Assembly: GCA_965115825.1 (NCBI GenBank)
Contig: OZ220464.1
Span: forward strand, 1,668,437-1,732,436
DNA: 64,000 nt
Direction of reading: 5' to 3'
From: Dehalococcoidia bacterium
Lineage (GTDB): Bacteria > Chloroflexota > Dehalococcoidia > Lucifugimonadales > UBA3495
Shown here piece by piece: positions 39,150 to 48,286 of the stretch. Position 1 is the stretch's first letter. The number at the start of each line of letters is the position of its first letter. Below the pieces are notes generated by a model. It was not told where the DNA came from. It searched no databases and worked only from the letters and a program-made list of their open reading frames with translations. The translations under genes were made by a program, and so were the position numbers.

Positions 39150-39244
39150 TGTCAAGGGCTCCTTTTGGGATCCCGCATTTGGCGCACTTGGGTTCTGTGT
39201 AACATCAGATGCCAGCGCTGTCAACTCTTGCGCCGGGGCGGTAA

Positions 39245-41908
39245 TTACAGCGCGCGCAACCCTCGCCGGTCGTAGCGAAACTGCCGTTTGCCCACGCTAA
39301 ACTCGAACCCTCCGTCGTCGGTTGCACTTGGTTCTACCGCATCCGGCGTTTCTGTGCCGGCCAGCCATCGCGTAGTTAACGCCAGCCGGTCTATCGTGCG
39401 CGTTGGGTCGAAGGGGCTATCCGGCGCGGGGCTGAGGGCTATTTCCACCCGGTCGTCGCCCAGCCGGGTGCGTATCCGCTCCTCGTCGCTGGGAAAGCAG
39501 ACTTCCTGGTTGTCGGTAAAGAAGGATTTGTTCCGCTGCGCTACGTGGCCCCGCGCCGCCTGTACGTCGGCGATGAGGGCGCCCGCCGTGCTGATGGCGT
39601 GCTCCTGCCAAGCGTCGCCCAGCTGGGCGGTGATTTGCGCGAGGGTTTCCGGGTGCATGGCCCGCTCTACCAATTCCCGGTTCATCTCGGGTATCCGCCA
39701 TTGGGGATGTTCTTTAATCAGCCGCCGCGTAGCCTCCAGGATGTGCAGGTTCCGGTACACTCCGCCGTAGGGGCCCAGGCCGTTGGCGTTCTGGCCGCCC
39801 CCTCTCGCCAGCAGCGGCGAAAGGTCGTCCCCCGGCGTCAGCACGATGCAGGTCGGCTTGTCGTAGCCCGATGGCCGGTAGTCGTCGTTCTCCCGGCGCC
39901 GGTGCAACCGGCCAATGCGTTGCAGCAGCACGTCGGCCGGGCACAGGTCGGTAATCAGCAGGTCGGCGTCGATGTCCAGAGACTGCTCCAGCGTCTGGGT
40001 ACCCACTACCGCGAGGCCGCCGGAGCTGCGCCCCGCCTTGCCTAGACGCAGTTCTATTTCCGCGTCCATCGGCTCCCGGTCTTCGGCGGCAAACCTCCCG
40101 TGATGCAGCGTATGAAAGCCGTTGACGGAGAACAGCAGCCCGGCGTCTCCGGGGCCGGCCCGTTCTTCTATTGTCTGCTGCGTGCGGATGGCATAACCGA
40201 CTGTGTTCCGAACCACCAGCACTTTCGCTCCGGCCCGCGCCGCCGCCAGCGCCAGCGCCGCCACCGCGTCGTACTCCCGCATCTCCGGCGCCGCCCGAAT
40301 GCTCACGTTCTTGCTGCGGTTATTTTCTCCGGCGCCGACCATACCCAGCTCCGAGGTTACCGCCGGATAAGGCGCATCTATCGCCTCGGCCAAGGGAGGC
40401 ACATCGTCTGCGCTGCCTCCGCTGCTGCGCCTCCAACGACACCTAGCCGTCGCCCCCAGCGTCGCGGACATCAGGAGGGCGTACCCGCCGGCGCCGATGT
40501 GCGCTTCCAGCACGGCGGCAAGAACCTCACTCATGTAGGCGTCCGAGGCGTGAACTTCGTCCACTACCAGCAGGTTGCGCGACAGGCCGGCTGCCCTGAG
40601 GTGGGCGTTCTTGACCTTTAGCGCCCCCAGCATCGCCTGATCCACCGTGCCTACGGCAATTTGAGCTGTGAGAAAGCGCTTGGGGCTTTCAGCGGCCCAC
40701 CGCCGCCCGTCGCTGGCGTGGTCATCCCACCACACTTCGTAGTTATGCAGACGCTGTCCCGAGGACTCGCCGGCCCGCAGATACCCCGGCACCGCCAGAA
40801 CCGGCTCCGGCCCCGCGCCGTCCTGGAACAGACGCCCGGCGAATTCTCGCACCCGGTCGAAAATCTGCTTTGCGGCGGCCCGGGTCGGCAGCGCGAAGTA
40901 CATGCCATCCACCAGCCCCGCCTCGTACATTCGCGCAAACCGCCACAGCGCGGCCTCCGTTTTGCCGGAGCCGGTCTCCGATTCTATAATGACCAGGCGG
41001 TCGTCGAGCGGCGTGGAGCTGGCTTTAAGTTGGATGGAGTTGGCCTGCCCGATATGCGGGAACAGTCCGGTTATGTCCGGCGCGCCGGGGCGCGCAATGC
41101 GCTGCCGCTGGCCGGCGAGGTCCAGGCCGACGGCGCGAATGGCAGCGCGAGCTTGCTGGCGGGCAGTACATATGTAATCGTCCTGAGGATCTCCAACGTA
41201 CTTAAACCAGACCTCGTTGGAGCCGATCCAATCCGCCAGGTTGCATAGTCCCAGAAACTGATGCTGGAAGGCAGGAGCCGACGGCAGCGGCGGGCCGTTA
41301 TCCGCAAACGCTGCGGGAAACCACCGGCGTATCAACCGTCCGATACGGGTCACGCACTCCTGTGGGTTCAGTTCCCCAAATCGCCTCCATAGCTGTGGGT
41401 GTTTGGCCCGCCGGCCCTCAAGCTGCAAGGGTCGCCCGTGATGCGACAGGGACGCCACCAGCAGCCCGCAGACTGCTTCTCCTCCGCAGTCGTCCCAAGT
41501 CAGAAGGTCGTCCTGCCATTTCAGGGCGTCAAAGAACCAGTCGGCGGTTTCACCGTCGTTATCTTGCAACACGGGCGTCAAGTCCAGAGTGTGGCCGGCG
41601 CGTTCAGGCCGGCGTTCGCCCGGCGGGAAGTCTTCATTGCGCCAGATTTGCGTCTGGAACCCAACGTTCACCTTGCCGATGTCGTGCAGGGCTGCGAAAA
41701 CGCACAGACGCGCCACAGTAGTGGCGCCAATATCGTCCTGCCCGGCGGTATGCGCCAGCCGCCGCCGTATAATCGGCTGTTCCAACAGCGCTTCGAGACA
41801 CGCTCCAACATCCGCCAGGTGGTGCTCTAGCAGGTGGATGCGACTGGGGTCGCTCCGGTCGGATTTTCCCCAAAATCGGTACGTGTATGGTTTTGGCGTT
41901 TCCCGCAT
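39245..41908 (-). CDS. cas3: Cas3 HD nuclease / SF2 helicase (I-E)
   Basis: HD domain (LLEHHLADVG...ALHDIGKVNVGFQ), helicase motif I (ESETGSGKTEAAL) and motif II (VVDEVHA). The ATG at 41908 follows GGAG. The longest ORF would begin at a TTG at 41947. Confidence 0.95.
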   Translation of the reverse strand: MRETPKPYTYRFWGKSDRSDPSRIHLLEHHLADVGACLEALLEQPIIRRRLAHTAGQDDIGATTVARLCVFAALHDIGKVNVGFQTQIWRNEDFPPGERRPERAGHTLDLTPVLQDNDGETADWFFDALKWQDDLLTWDDCGGEAVCGLLVASLSHHGRPLQLEGRRAKHPQLWRRFGELNPQECVTRIGRLIRRWFPAAFADNGPPLPSAPAFQHQFLGLCNLADWIGSNEVWFKYVGDPQDDYICTARQQARAAIRAVGLDLAGQRQRIARPGAPDITGLFPHIGQANSIQLKASSTPLDDRLVIIESETGSGKTEAALWRFARMYEAGLVDGMYFALPTRAAAKQIFDRVREFAGRLFQDGAGPEPVLAVPGYLRAGESSGQRLHNYEVWWDDHASDGRRWAAESPKRFLTAQIAVGTVDQAMLGALKVKNAHLRAAGLSRNLLVVDEVHASDAYMSEVLAAVLEAHIGAGGYALLMSATLGATARCRWRRSSGGSADDVPPLAEAIDAPYPAVTSELGMVGAGENNRSKNVSIRAAPEMREYDAVAALALAAARAGAKVLVVRNTVGYAIRTQQTIEERAGPGDAGLLFSVNGFHTLHHGRFAAEDREPMDAEIELRLGKAGRSSGGLAVVGTQTLEQSLDIDADLLITDLCPADVLLQRIGRLHRRRENDDYRPSGYDKPTCIVLTPGDDLSPLLARGGGQNANGLGPYGGVYRNLHILEATRRLIKEHPQWRIPEMNRELVERAMHPETLAQITAQLGDAWQEHAISTAGALIADVQAARGHVAQRNKSFFTDNQEVCFPSDEERIRTRLGDDRVEIALSPAPDSPFDPTRTIDRLALTTRWLAGTETPDAVEPSATDDGGFEFSVGKRQFRYDRRGLRAL

Positions 41909-42621
41909 CGTATCTCCGGCAATCTTACCTTGTTTTTCTGCCCTCAACCTGCCGGCTCCAGATATTATCAGACACGATGCAATCGTGCTGGCTAGCGGGG
42001 CAGCTACGTATCCGCGGCGTGCCTGGCAAGTGGGGCCGGTTTTCTCGCTGGCCGGGAATGATGGGGGAGGTTGGGGATGAAGGCGGGCGAAAACGTGGGA
42101 GGTGGAGGGCGGCTGAGACGGGAGGGTTGGTTCACGGTTGTTTCTCCTTTGGTTGGTCGGTTAGGTTTTGGTGGTTGGTTAGTTGGTTGGGTTCCTGGGG
42201 TTCAGGATGTCGGCGCTACGGCCTGAGAGCGTGGCTTGCTATTTACGTCCTAGTCTTGCGCGTGCTAACGGCTGCTTGCGCAGTACCCGTCCTCGCGCAG
42301 CGGTGGTGACTCCCGCCGTGCTGAGTGCGCCAGCCGGGTAATGTGACCGACCTCCGGCGCACCACAGTGGTGCAATGGATCCGACGTGCCGCAATGTACT
42401 AGTTGCGGCGGTTTAGACCGTGTTATCCTGAACCCCGTTGAACTCCTGTTTTTAGCCTCCTAGTTAGGTTGTGATGTCGGGCGGTGTCCTAGCCGGTGCA
42501 CCAGCGGGGACGGCAGCGGCCTTGGGGAGTAGCGCTTTGCTCCTTGGGGCGCGCCGGGCGCCTGACAATGGATATTATAGCACGATGGTACGGTTTTGCA
42601 AACGGCGGATGTCATCATTTT

Positions 42622-42660
42622 GTCAGGATCGGGATTTTGGGATTTTCAGGATTGAGGGAT
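42622..42660. repeat. solo copy of the GGATTTTC-rich intergenic element
   Basis: GTCAGGATCGGGATTTTGGGATTTTCAGGATTGAGGGATT resembles the invariant core of the 9330..10360 tandem repeat. Confidence 0.7.
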
Positions 42661-42888
42661 TACGGCCGCGGTTCGTGAGATTGGGAGATGGTGTTCCGCC
42701 TTTCGCCAGAAAGCCGGTGCCGGGGGTGGGCGGCCGTTGTCTAAACTGTGGTTTGGGTGATTGGAGTTGTGGGCTGACTGTGGATTTTCGGCTAGGGGTA
42801 GCGTGTGGTAGGGGCAAGGCGTCGTTATGTGGCAGTGGGGTTACAATGATTGGGGGATCAGCAGCAACCGGACAAATGCCGGGATCCA

Positions 42889-42977
42889 GGCTATCCCCGC
42901 GTGAGCGCGACGCCGGGTGGCCATGACTTGGGTTCCGCCTAGATGTGCAGGCTATCCCCGCGTGGGCGCGCGGTTGG
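42889..42977 (-). CRISPR. degenerate two-repeat mini-array or array remnant upstream of cas3
   Basis: GGCTATCCCCGCGTG occurs at 42889 and 42950, exactly 61 bp apart and in the same orientation as the main array. It matches the handle-proximal part of the repeat (minus sense CACGCGGGGATAG-CC, with a 1-nt deletion). The other hairpin arm is degenerate. Confidence 0.5.
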
Positions 42978-44232
42978 GGGATGGGGGGCGGGAGCCGGGG
43001 GGAAGCGGCGACGGACGGGTGATTAACGGGGTGAGGAACAGAGCAGGGAGAGAAATGGCAATGCAGGCAAGGGCGTTCAGCGTGATGGACCAGCGGACGC
43101 CGAGGGCAGTGTCGCCTAACCAGCCCATCAGGAGGACGCCGGGCGGAGTGCCGATGCCAATGCACAGGCTCATCAGGCCGACCATGCGTCCGCGCATTTC
43201 CGGAGGGGAGGAGCGCATGGTGATGGCGCTTTGCATAGTGCCGAAGCAGGACAGGCCGACGCCGCTGACGACCAAGAGGGCAAAAGTGGCGGGATACCAG
43301 GGCAGCCAGGCGAAAATGGCCGAGGTTACCATTACGGTGAAGGCGCCGGCGGCGAAGAACCGTCCGTGATAACGCATCCGGCCAACGGAGGCCAGGGCGC
43401 CGGCCATAACCAGTTGGCCGATGGCTTCGGAGGCCGCCAGGATTCCAACGAGGGTTTCACCGACATTCAAGTAGTCGCGGCCGACGGCGGGGACGAATTG
43501 GCGGGCAGGAAAGGCCATGGCGTTAATCATTATGGTGATGAAGAGCATTCCGACCAGCTGCCGCTGGCCCAGGGCGGCACGGACAACGTCGCCGAGGCTG
43601 TTCCAGATGGGTTCGACGCGCCACTCGCGGGCGACGCGGGGGATGCGAACGCGCAAGGCCAGCAGAATAGCGATGGAGTGCAGGGACACGACAAGAGCGT
43701 AAGCCCAGACGTAGCCGGCGTAGTGGGGCCAGTAGTAGCCGACGTGCTCGACTAGGAAGCCGCCAACAAAGGGCCCGAGCATCCGCCCCATGGTCATGCT
43801 GATTGAGTCGATAGAGAGAGCGTTGACTACCCTGCGCTCGCCTACAATGTCAAAGACGGCGGTGCGACGGGCCGGGTCTTCCAAGGCGCGGCTGACGCCC
43901 TGCAACAGCATGGCGAAGAACACGTGCCAGGCTGCGATGTAACCGAAGAGCAGCAGCAGAAACAGGGCGATGCCGGCTCCGAGTTTGATGGCCAGGGCGG
44001 ACAGCCAGATTTTTTTGCGGTCGAATCGGTCGGCGATAATGCCGGTGAAGGGGGAGAAGAGGGGACGGGGAATGTTCTCAAAGGCCAGGACCAGGCCGAG
44101 CATGAGGGAGGAATCGGTGAGGGAGTAGACGAGAACGCTGGTGACGAGGAGCTCCATCCAGCGGGTTATCTCGGCGACGTTGACGACGTACCAGATAGCC
44201 CGGAAGCGGGGGTTGCGGAGAACCTCCATCAT
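42952..44232 (-). CDS. MFS transporter
   Basis: ORF 42952..44283(-), whose annotated start is a TTG. The first ATG at 44232 gives MMEVLRNPRFRAIWYVVNVAEITRWMELLV... There are multiple TM helices and the MFS motif (GIIADRFDRKKI). Confidence 0.75.
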   Translation of the reverse strand: MMEVLRNPRFRAIWYVVNVAEITRWMELLVTSVLVYSLTDSSLMLGLVLAFENIPRPLFSPFTGIIADRFDRKKIWLSALAIKLGAGIALFLLLLFGYIAAWHVFFAMLLQGVSRALEDPARRTAVFDIVGERRVVNALSIDSISMTMGRMLGPFVGGFLVEHVGYYWPHYAGYVWAYALVVSLHSIAILLALRVRIPRVAREWRVEPIWNSLGDVVRAALGQRQLVGMLFITIMINAMAFPARQFVPAVGRDYLNVGETLVGILAASEAIGQLVMAGALASVGRMRYHGRFFAAGAFTVMVTSAIFAWLPWYPATFALLVVSGVGLSCFGTMQSAITMRSSPPEMRGRMVGLMSLCIGIGTPPGVLLMGWLGDTALGVRWSITLNALACIAISLPALFLTPLITRPSPLPPGSRPPSPNRAPTRG

Positions 44233-44297
44233 GGGAGAAAGCGGGCGACGGGGCGCGGCCGGGCGACGGGCGGAAACTGCCAAAGCAAACCTCTCTT

Positions 44298-45635
44298 ATG
44301 GACGGCGGACGGGGACGGGCCGCGCCGGGGGATTTTACACCGACGCAACACAACGGGCGCGCTATAATGCGGGACAGTCTTTCAGCCGGAATGAATACGA
44401 ACATGACCACAGGCAGCACGCGGGCCGGCAGTCGGGGCTACAACCCGGCGGCGAGGGCGAGCGATAAACCCGGCTTCAGCACCGGGTTCAACAGTTTTAT
44501 GGCTACTGGACGAGTGGGGCTGGCTTTGCGTCTGGGGCTGCGTTACGGCGTTGACCGGCGGTTTATCCTCCGCTACTTGGGGATATTGGCGGCCGACGCC
44601 ATATTTGCGCCGCTGCGGGTCTGGCAGAGCGTGGCCTACGGGCGGCGCATACGCGAGGCGGAGATACACCCGGAGCCGATATTCCTGCTGGGGTTCTGGC
44701 GTTCCGGCACTACGCTGCTGCATAACCTGCTGGCGATGGATCCACAGTGGGGCTTTGTGAATACGTACCAAGCGGCGCTGCCCGATGCGTTTCTGGCCGG
44801 GCAGCGGAGGGTGCGCGGGATGATAGAGTCGAGGCTGCCGGCTAACCGGGGAGTGGACAACATTCCGGTGGATTTGGCGATGCCGCAAGAGGAGGAAATT
44901 GCGCTGATGTGCTCCTCCGGCCTCAGCCCGTATGTGTCGCTGAACTTTCCGCGCACAGCGGACGAAACGCTGGAGTATCTTTTTCAGGGCGATGGGCTGG
45001 GGAGCAGGCAGCGGGAGCGGTGGCGGGCAGAATACGTCAAGCTGCTGAAGGCGGCCAGCTTATACATGGATGGGAAGCGACTGGTCTTGAAATCGCCTTC
45101 CAACACGGGCCGGATTGCCGCGCTGCTGGAGCTGTTTCCCTCGGCCCGGTTCGCGTACCTGCAAAGGAATCCCTATGATACGCTGCGCTCGTACGCGCAG
45201 CTGCTAGGGCTGATGAACGGCTGGCACACGTTGCAAAGCGTGGACTTTGACGAACTGCTGCTGCGCCACGTGAAGATCTACCGGCGCATCGCGGAAACCT
45301 ACTTGGAGCAGCGGGAGCTGATACCGGAGGGGCGACTGGTGGAGCTACGATACGAAGAGCTGGAGCAGGATAAGGTAGGACAGGTGAGCCGGATTTACGA
45401 TGCGCTAGGGCTGCCGGGATACGACGATTTTGCGCCCCGGCTGATGGATTACGTGGCGTCAATTGCCGGTTTTCAGAAGAATCCGTCGTACATCAGTCCG
45501 CAGGTGATTGGGCTGGTGAATGAGTATGTGCCGTTTCTGGTGGCACGATACGGTTATGAGTTTATGGACCCCGCTGGCGAGGTGGATGGCGGTGAGCATG
45601 GTAATATCCAGCGGGCGCTCCGATTGGGAAATTGA
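44298..45635 (+). CDS. sulfotransferase family protein (start uncertain)
   Basis: The FLLGFWRSGTTLLHNLL (5'-PSB PAPS-binding loop) and LKSPSNTGR motifs are present. Several in-frame ATGs (44298, 44367, 44391) are candidate starts, and a later one is more likely because the divergent gene is only ~65 nt away. Confidence 0.65.
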   Translation: MDGGRGRAAPGDFTPTQHNGRAIMRDSLSAGMNTNMTTGSTRAGSRGYNPAARASDKPGFSTGFNSFMATGRVGLALRLGLRYGVDRRFILRYLGILAADAIFAPLRVWQSVAYGRRIREAEIHPEPIFLLGFWRSGTTLLHNLLAMDPQWGFVNTYQAALPDAFLAGQRRVRGMIESRLPANRGVDNIPVDLAMPQEEEIALMCSSGLSPYVSLNFPRTADETLEYLFQGDGLGSRQRERWRAEYVKLLKAASLYMDGKRLVLKSPSNTGRIAALLELFPSARFAYLQRNPYDTLRSYAQLLGLMNGWHTLQSVDFDELLLRHVKIYRRIAETYLEQRELIPEGRLVELRYEELEQDKVGQVSRIYDALGLPGYDDFAPRLMDYVASIAGFQKNPSYISPQVIGLVNEYVPFLVARYGYEFMDPAGEVDGGEHGNIQRALRLGN

Positions 45636-45713
45636 CCGGATTTACGCATTCGGGCTTATCGCTTTCGCGAGGATGACGGATCGGTTGCGAAGCACAGCAA
45701 TGGGAGGTCTGAG

Positions 45714-46604
45714 ATGGACCAGGATGTCAGAGAATTTTGGAGCGCGACCCGCGCGATTCTGAACGAAACGCCGGTTGACGCCGCGCTTACGGAATGTCCG
45801 GAGCGCAGCGGACGGGAGTACGAAACATGGAGCGTTGCGCTCAACAGCTACGGAGGCCAGCGACTGCGGGGATTTTACACTGCGCCGCGTCACAGGCCGC
45901 CGTCGGGGAGGTTCCCGGCGATGCTGGCGGCGCCCGGCTATGGCGGAGCTAAAGAGATACCCTATCACGTGGCAATGCAGGGGTTTGCCGTCTTTACGCT
46001 CTTTCCGAGGGCACAGGGGGAGAGCATCGCAGAGGGAGGTTTGCCGGAGGGGGCAACCAAGCTGACCTACAACGTAACCGACAAGGATACGTACTATTAT
46101 CGGGCCGGGTATATGGACTGCGTGCGGGGCGTGGATTTTCTGGCGGAACGGGAGGAGGTGGACAGCAAGCGCATCGGGATGTGGAGCCGCAGCCAGGGCG
46201 GCGGTTTTACGCTGGCTACGGCGGCGCTGGACCATCGGCTGGCCGCGGCGGTAGCGGAAGAGCCGTTCTTGTGCAACTACCCGGTAGCCGTGGACATTGA
46301 CACGCGCCCGTACCACGAGCTGCGGAATTACGTCCGGGAGCATCCCGAACAACGGCCGGCGACGCTGGATACGCTGCGATACTTTGACACGCTGACGCTG
46401 GCGGACGCTATTGCGTGTCCGATACTGGTTAACATCGGGATGGCGGACACGACTTGTCCGTATGAGACCATCATGCCGGTGTTCGAGCGCATCGGGGCGC
46501 ACAAATCGCTGTTGGTGTATCCCGAGCTGACGCACAGCCCCTGCGCCGATTTCAACGCGCACGCGCTGAATTGGTTGAAACTGTATCTGGGAGCGGGGGC
46601 ATGA
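45714..46604 (+). CDS. acetyl xylan esterase / cephalosporin-C deacetylase (AXE1) family hydrolase
   Basis: The RLRGFYTAPR...PGYGG...YYYRAGYMDCVRGVDFL...GMWSRSQGGGFTLA (nucleophile elbow)...PILVNIGMADTTCP layout is present. A GGGAGG RBS lies upstream. Confidence 0.75.
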   Translation: MDQDVREFWSATRAILNETPVDAALTECPERSGREYETWSVALNSYGGQRLRGFYTAPRHRPPSGRFPAMLAAPGYGGAKEIPYHVAMQGFAVFTLFPRAQGESIAEGGLPEGATKLTYNVTDKDTYYYRAGYMDCVRGVDFLAEREEVDSKRIGMWSRSQGGGFTLATAALDHRLAAAVAEEPFLCNYPVAVDIDTRPYHELRNYVREHPEQRPATLDTLRYFDTLTLADAIACPILVNIGMADTTCPYETIMPVFERIGAHKSLLVYPELTHSPCADFNAHALNWLKLYLGAGA

Positions 46605-46728
46605 CTACAGGCTTGGGAAAGGGACGCCGGGGGGTTCCGTCGGCGTAGGGCTGACTCTGGCGGGGCGGAAACGACGGATGCGGAGGAGGTAACGGAAATG
46701 ACAGTTACAGGGCGGAAGGAGGTTGATT

Positions 46729-48186
46729 ATGGCCGCTAGGACCGGGGCCGAGTATCTGGCCGGATTGAAAGAGCAGGAGCGGGAAATCTGGCTGGATGGG
46801 CGGCGCATTGACGACGTTACGGAGTTTCCGGGTCTGGCCAACGGGGCGCGTTCCGTTGCCGCATTGTACGATATGCAGCATGATAGCAAGGCCGGCTGCG
46901 AGATGACGTACCTATCGCCGAGCACCGGCGACCCGGTAGGGTTGTCGTTTATCATGCCCAAATCGGCGGAGGATCTGGCGCGAAGGCGGGCGATGATGTC
47001 CAGGTGGGCGCACGCCAGTTACGGGATGATGGGGCGCAGCCCTGATTTTCTGAACGTAACCATCATGGCGCTGGCGGCGGCCGGAGATTTCTTTGGAGAT
47101 GAGCGGCCGGAGTTCAAGCAGAACGTTGTTAACTACTACGAGTACGCTCGGGAGAACGACATCTGTATGACGCACACGCTGGTGAATTTGCAGCGGAACC
47201 GGGCGCCATCTGCCACGACGATGAACTACACGACCGACGTGGCGCTGCGGGTGGAGAAGGAAACGGACGCCGGGCTGGTGGTGCGTGGCCCGCGAGTGCT
47301 GGCGACGCTGGGGCCGCTGTCGGATGAGATAATGGTTTATCCGACACGCTCGCATCTGCTGGCGCGGGACGAAGACGCGCACAAGTACGCCTTCGCCTTT
47401 GCCGTGCCGTGTGGGATACCGGGGCTGAAGTTCATTTGCAGGGAGAGCTTTGACCTGGACAAATCCCATTTTGACCATCCGCTGGGTTCTCGCTTTGAGG
47501 AGATGGACGCCATCGTCTATTTTGACGACGTGCTGGTTCCCTGGGAGCGGGTGTTCATGTACGGCGACCGGCATAAGTGCAACAATATGTCCAACGCCAC
47601 CGGGCAGTACGTGCACACCGGGCACCAGGTGGTGACCAAGAACGTTGCCAAGTGTGAGTTCATGGCGGGCATCGCCAGCCTGATGGTGAAGACGCTGGGC
47701 AGCGGCGATATTCCGCAGGTGCAGGCGCTGCTGGCGGAGCTGGTGGAAAACCTGGAAATCACCAAAGCTCTACTGACGCAGGCGGAGGTCAACGCAGCCA
47801 TTGATGAGTGGGGGGTGATGCTGCCCGACCGGATTCCGTTGAACGTGGCGCGTAACCTGTTCATCAAGATGTACCCCCGGATGGCGGAGATAATCCAGCT
47901 GCTGGGTTCCAGCAGTCTGATGGCGCTGCCGTCGGAAGGGGACTTTGAGGGGCCGCTGGCCGAGGTACTGGATACCTACCTGGACACTGACACTGCTACC
48001 GCGAGGGAACGGGTGCGCTTGTTTCGGTTGGCTTGGGATGTAGCGTGCAGTTCGTTCGGCGGGCGGCAGGTACTGTACGAGCGTTACTTTCAGGGGGACT
48101 GGATGCGGAACGCGGCTCTGCTGCTCAGCATATACGACCGGGAGCCGCTAATGGAGCAAGCGCGGGAGTTTCTGGAACGGGATTGA
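46729..48186 (+). CDS. 4-hydroxyphenylacetate 3-monooxygenase oxygenase-component (HpaB) family protein
   Basis: MAARTGAEYLAGLKEQEREIWLDGRRIDDVTEFPGL is a typical HpaB-family start, and the length is about 485 aa. GGAAGGAGG lies 6 nt upstream of the ATG at 46729. Confidence 0.75.
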   Translation: MAARTGAEYLAGLKEQEREIWLDGRRIDDVTEFPGLANGARSVAALYDMQHDSKAGCEMTYLSPSTGDPVGLSFIMPKSAEDLARRRAMMSRWAHASYGMMGRSPDFLNVTIMALAAAGDFFGDERPEFKQNVVNYYEYARENDICMTHTLVNLQRNRAPSATTMNYTTDVALRVEKETDAGLVVRGPRVLATLGPLSDEIMVYPTRSHLLARDEDAHKYAFAFAVPCGIPGLKFICRESFDLDKSHFDHPLGSRFEEMDAIVYFDDVLVPWERVFMYGDRHKCNNMSNATGQYVHTGHQVVTKNVAKCEFMAGIASLMVKTLGSGDIPQVQALLAELVENLEITKALLTQAEVNAAIDEWGVMLPDRIPLNVARNLFIKMYPRMAEIIQLLGSSSLMALPSEGDFEGPLAEVLDTYLDTDTATARERVRLFRLAWDVACSSFGGRQVLYERYFQGDWMRNAALLLSIYDREPLMEQAREFLERD

Positions 48187-48220
48187 GGCATCGCGTTCCG
48201 TGGTGCAGAGTAGATATGAT

Positions 48221-48249
48221 ACAGGGGCGGGTTTCAAACCCGCCCCTGT
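48221..48249. terminator. GC-rich hairpin between convergent genes
   Basis: ACAGGGGCGGGTTT/AAACCCGCCCCTGT is a perfect palindrome between the HpaB-family gene (+) and pstS (-). There is no clear U-tract, and it could equally be a REP-like element. Confidence 0.45.
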
Positions 48250-48286
48250 AGGATCCGGCTTTCGCAGGAATGACGATGAGACCGGG

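Noticed and set aside
42004-42135. 43-codon GTG-start ORF (VNQPSRLSRPPPPTFSPAF...) behind a good AAAGGAG RBS upstream of cas3.
   Set aside because: The product is proline-rich with no recognisable features and the ORF is short. The RBS-like motif may be part of the C/A-rich leader. It is kept only as context in the cas3-upstream finding.
42215-42470. Candidate known ncRNA (tmRNA, RNase P, SRP or 6S) in the gap upstream of cas3.
   Set aside because: I could not find any of the diagnostic motifs I know: GAGGAAAGTCC for RNase P, a tag ORF ending in ALAA plus a tRNA-like 3' end for tmRNA, or the SRP GGAA/AGCA loop.
43018-43045. Possible third degenerate repeat beyond the mini-array upstream of cas3.
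   Set aside because: Identity to the repeat is only about 50 percent and the spacing is 68 bp instead of 61 bp.
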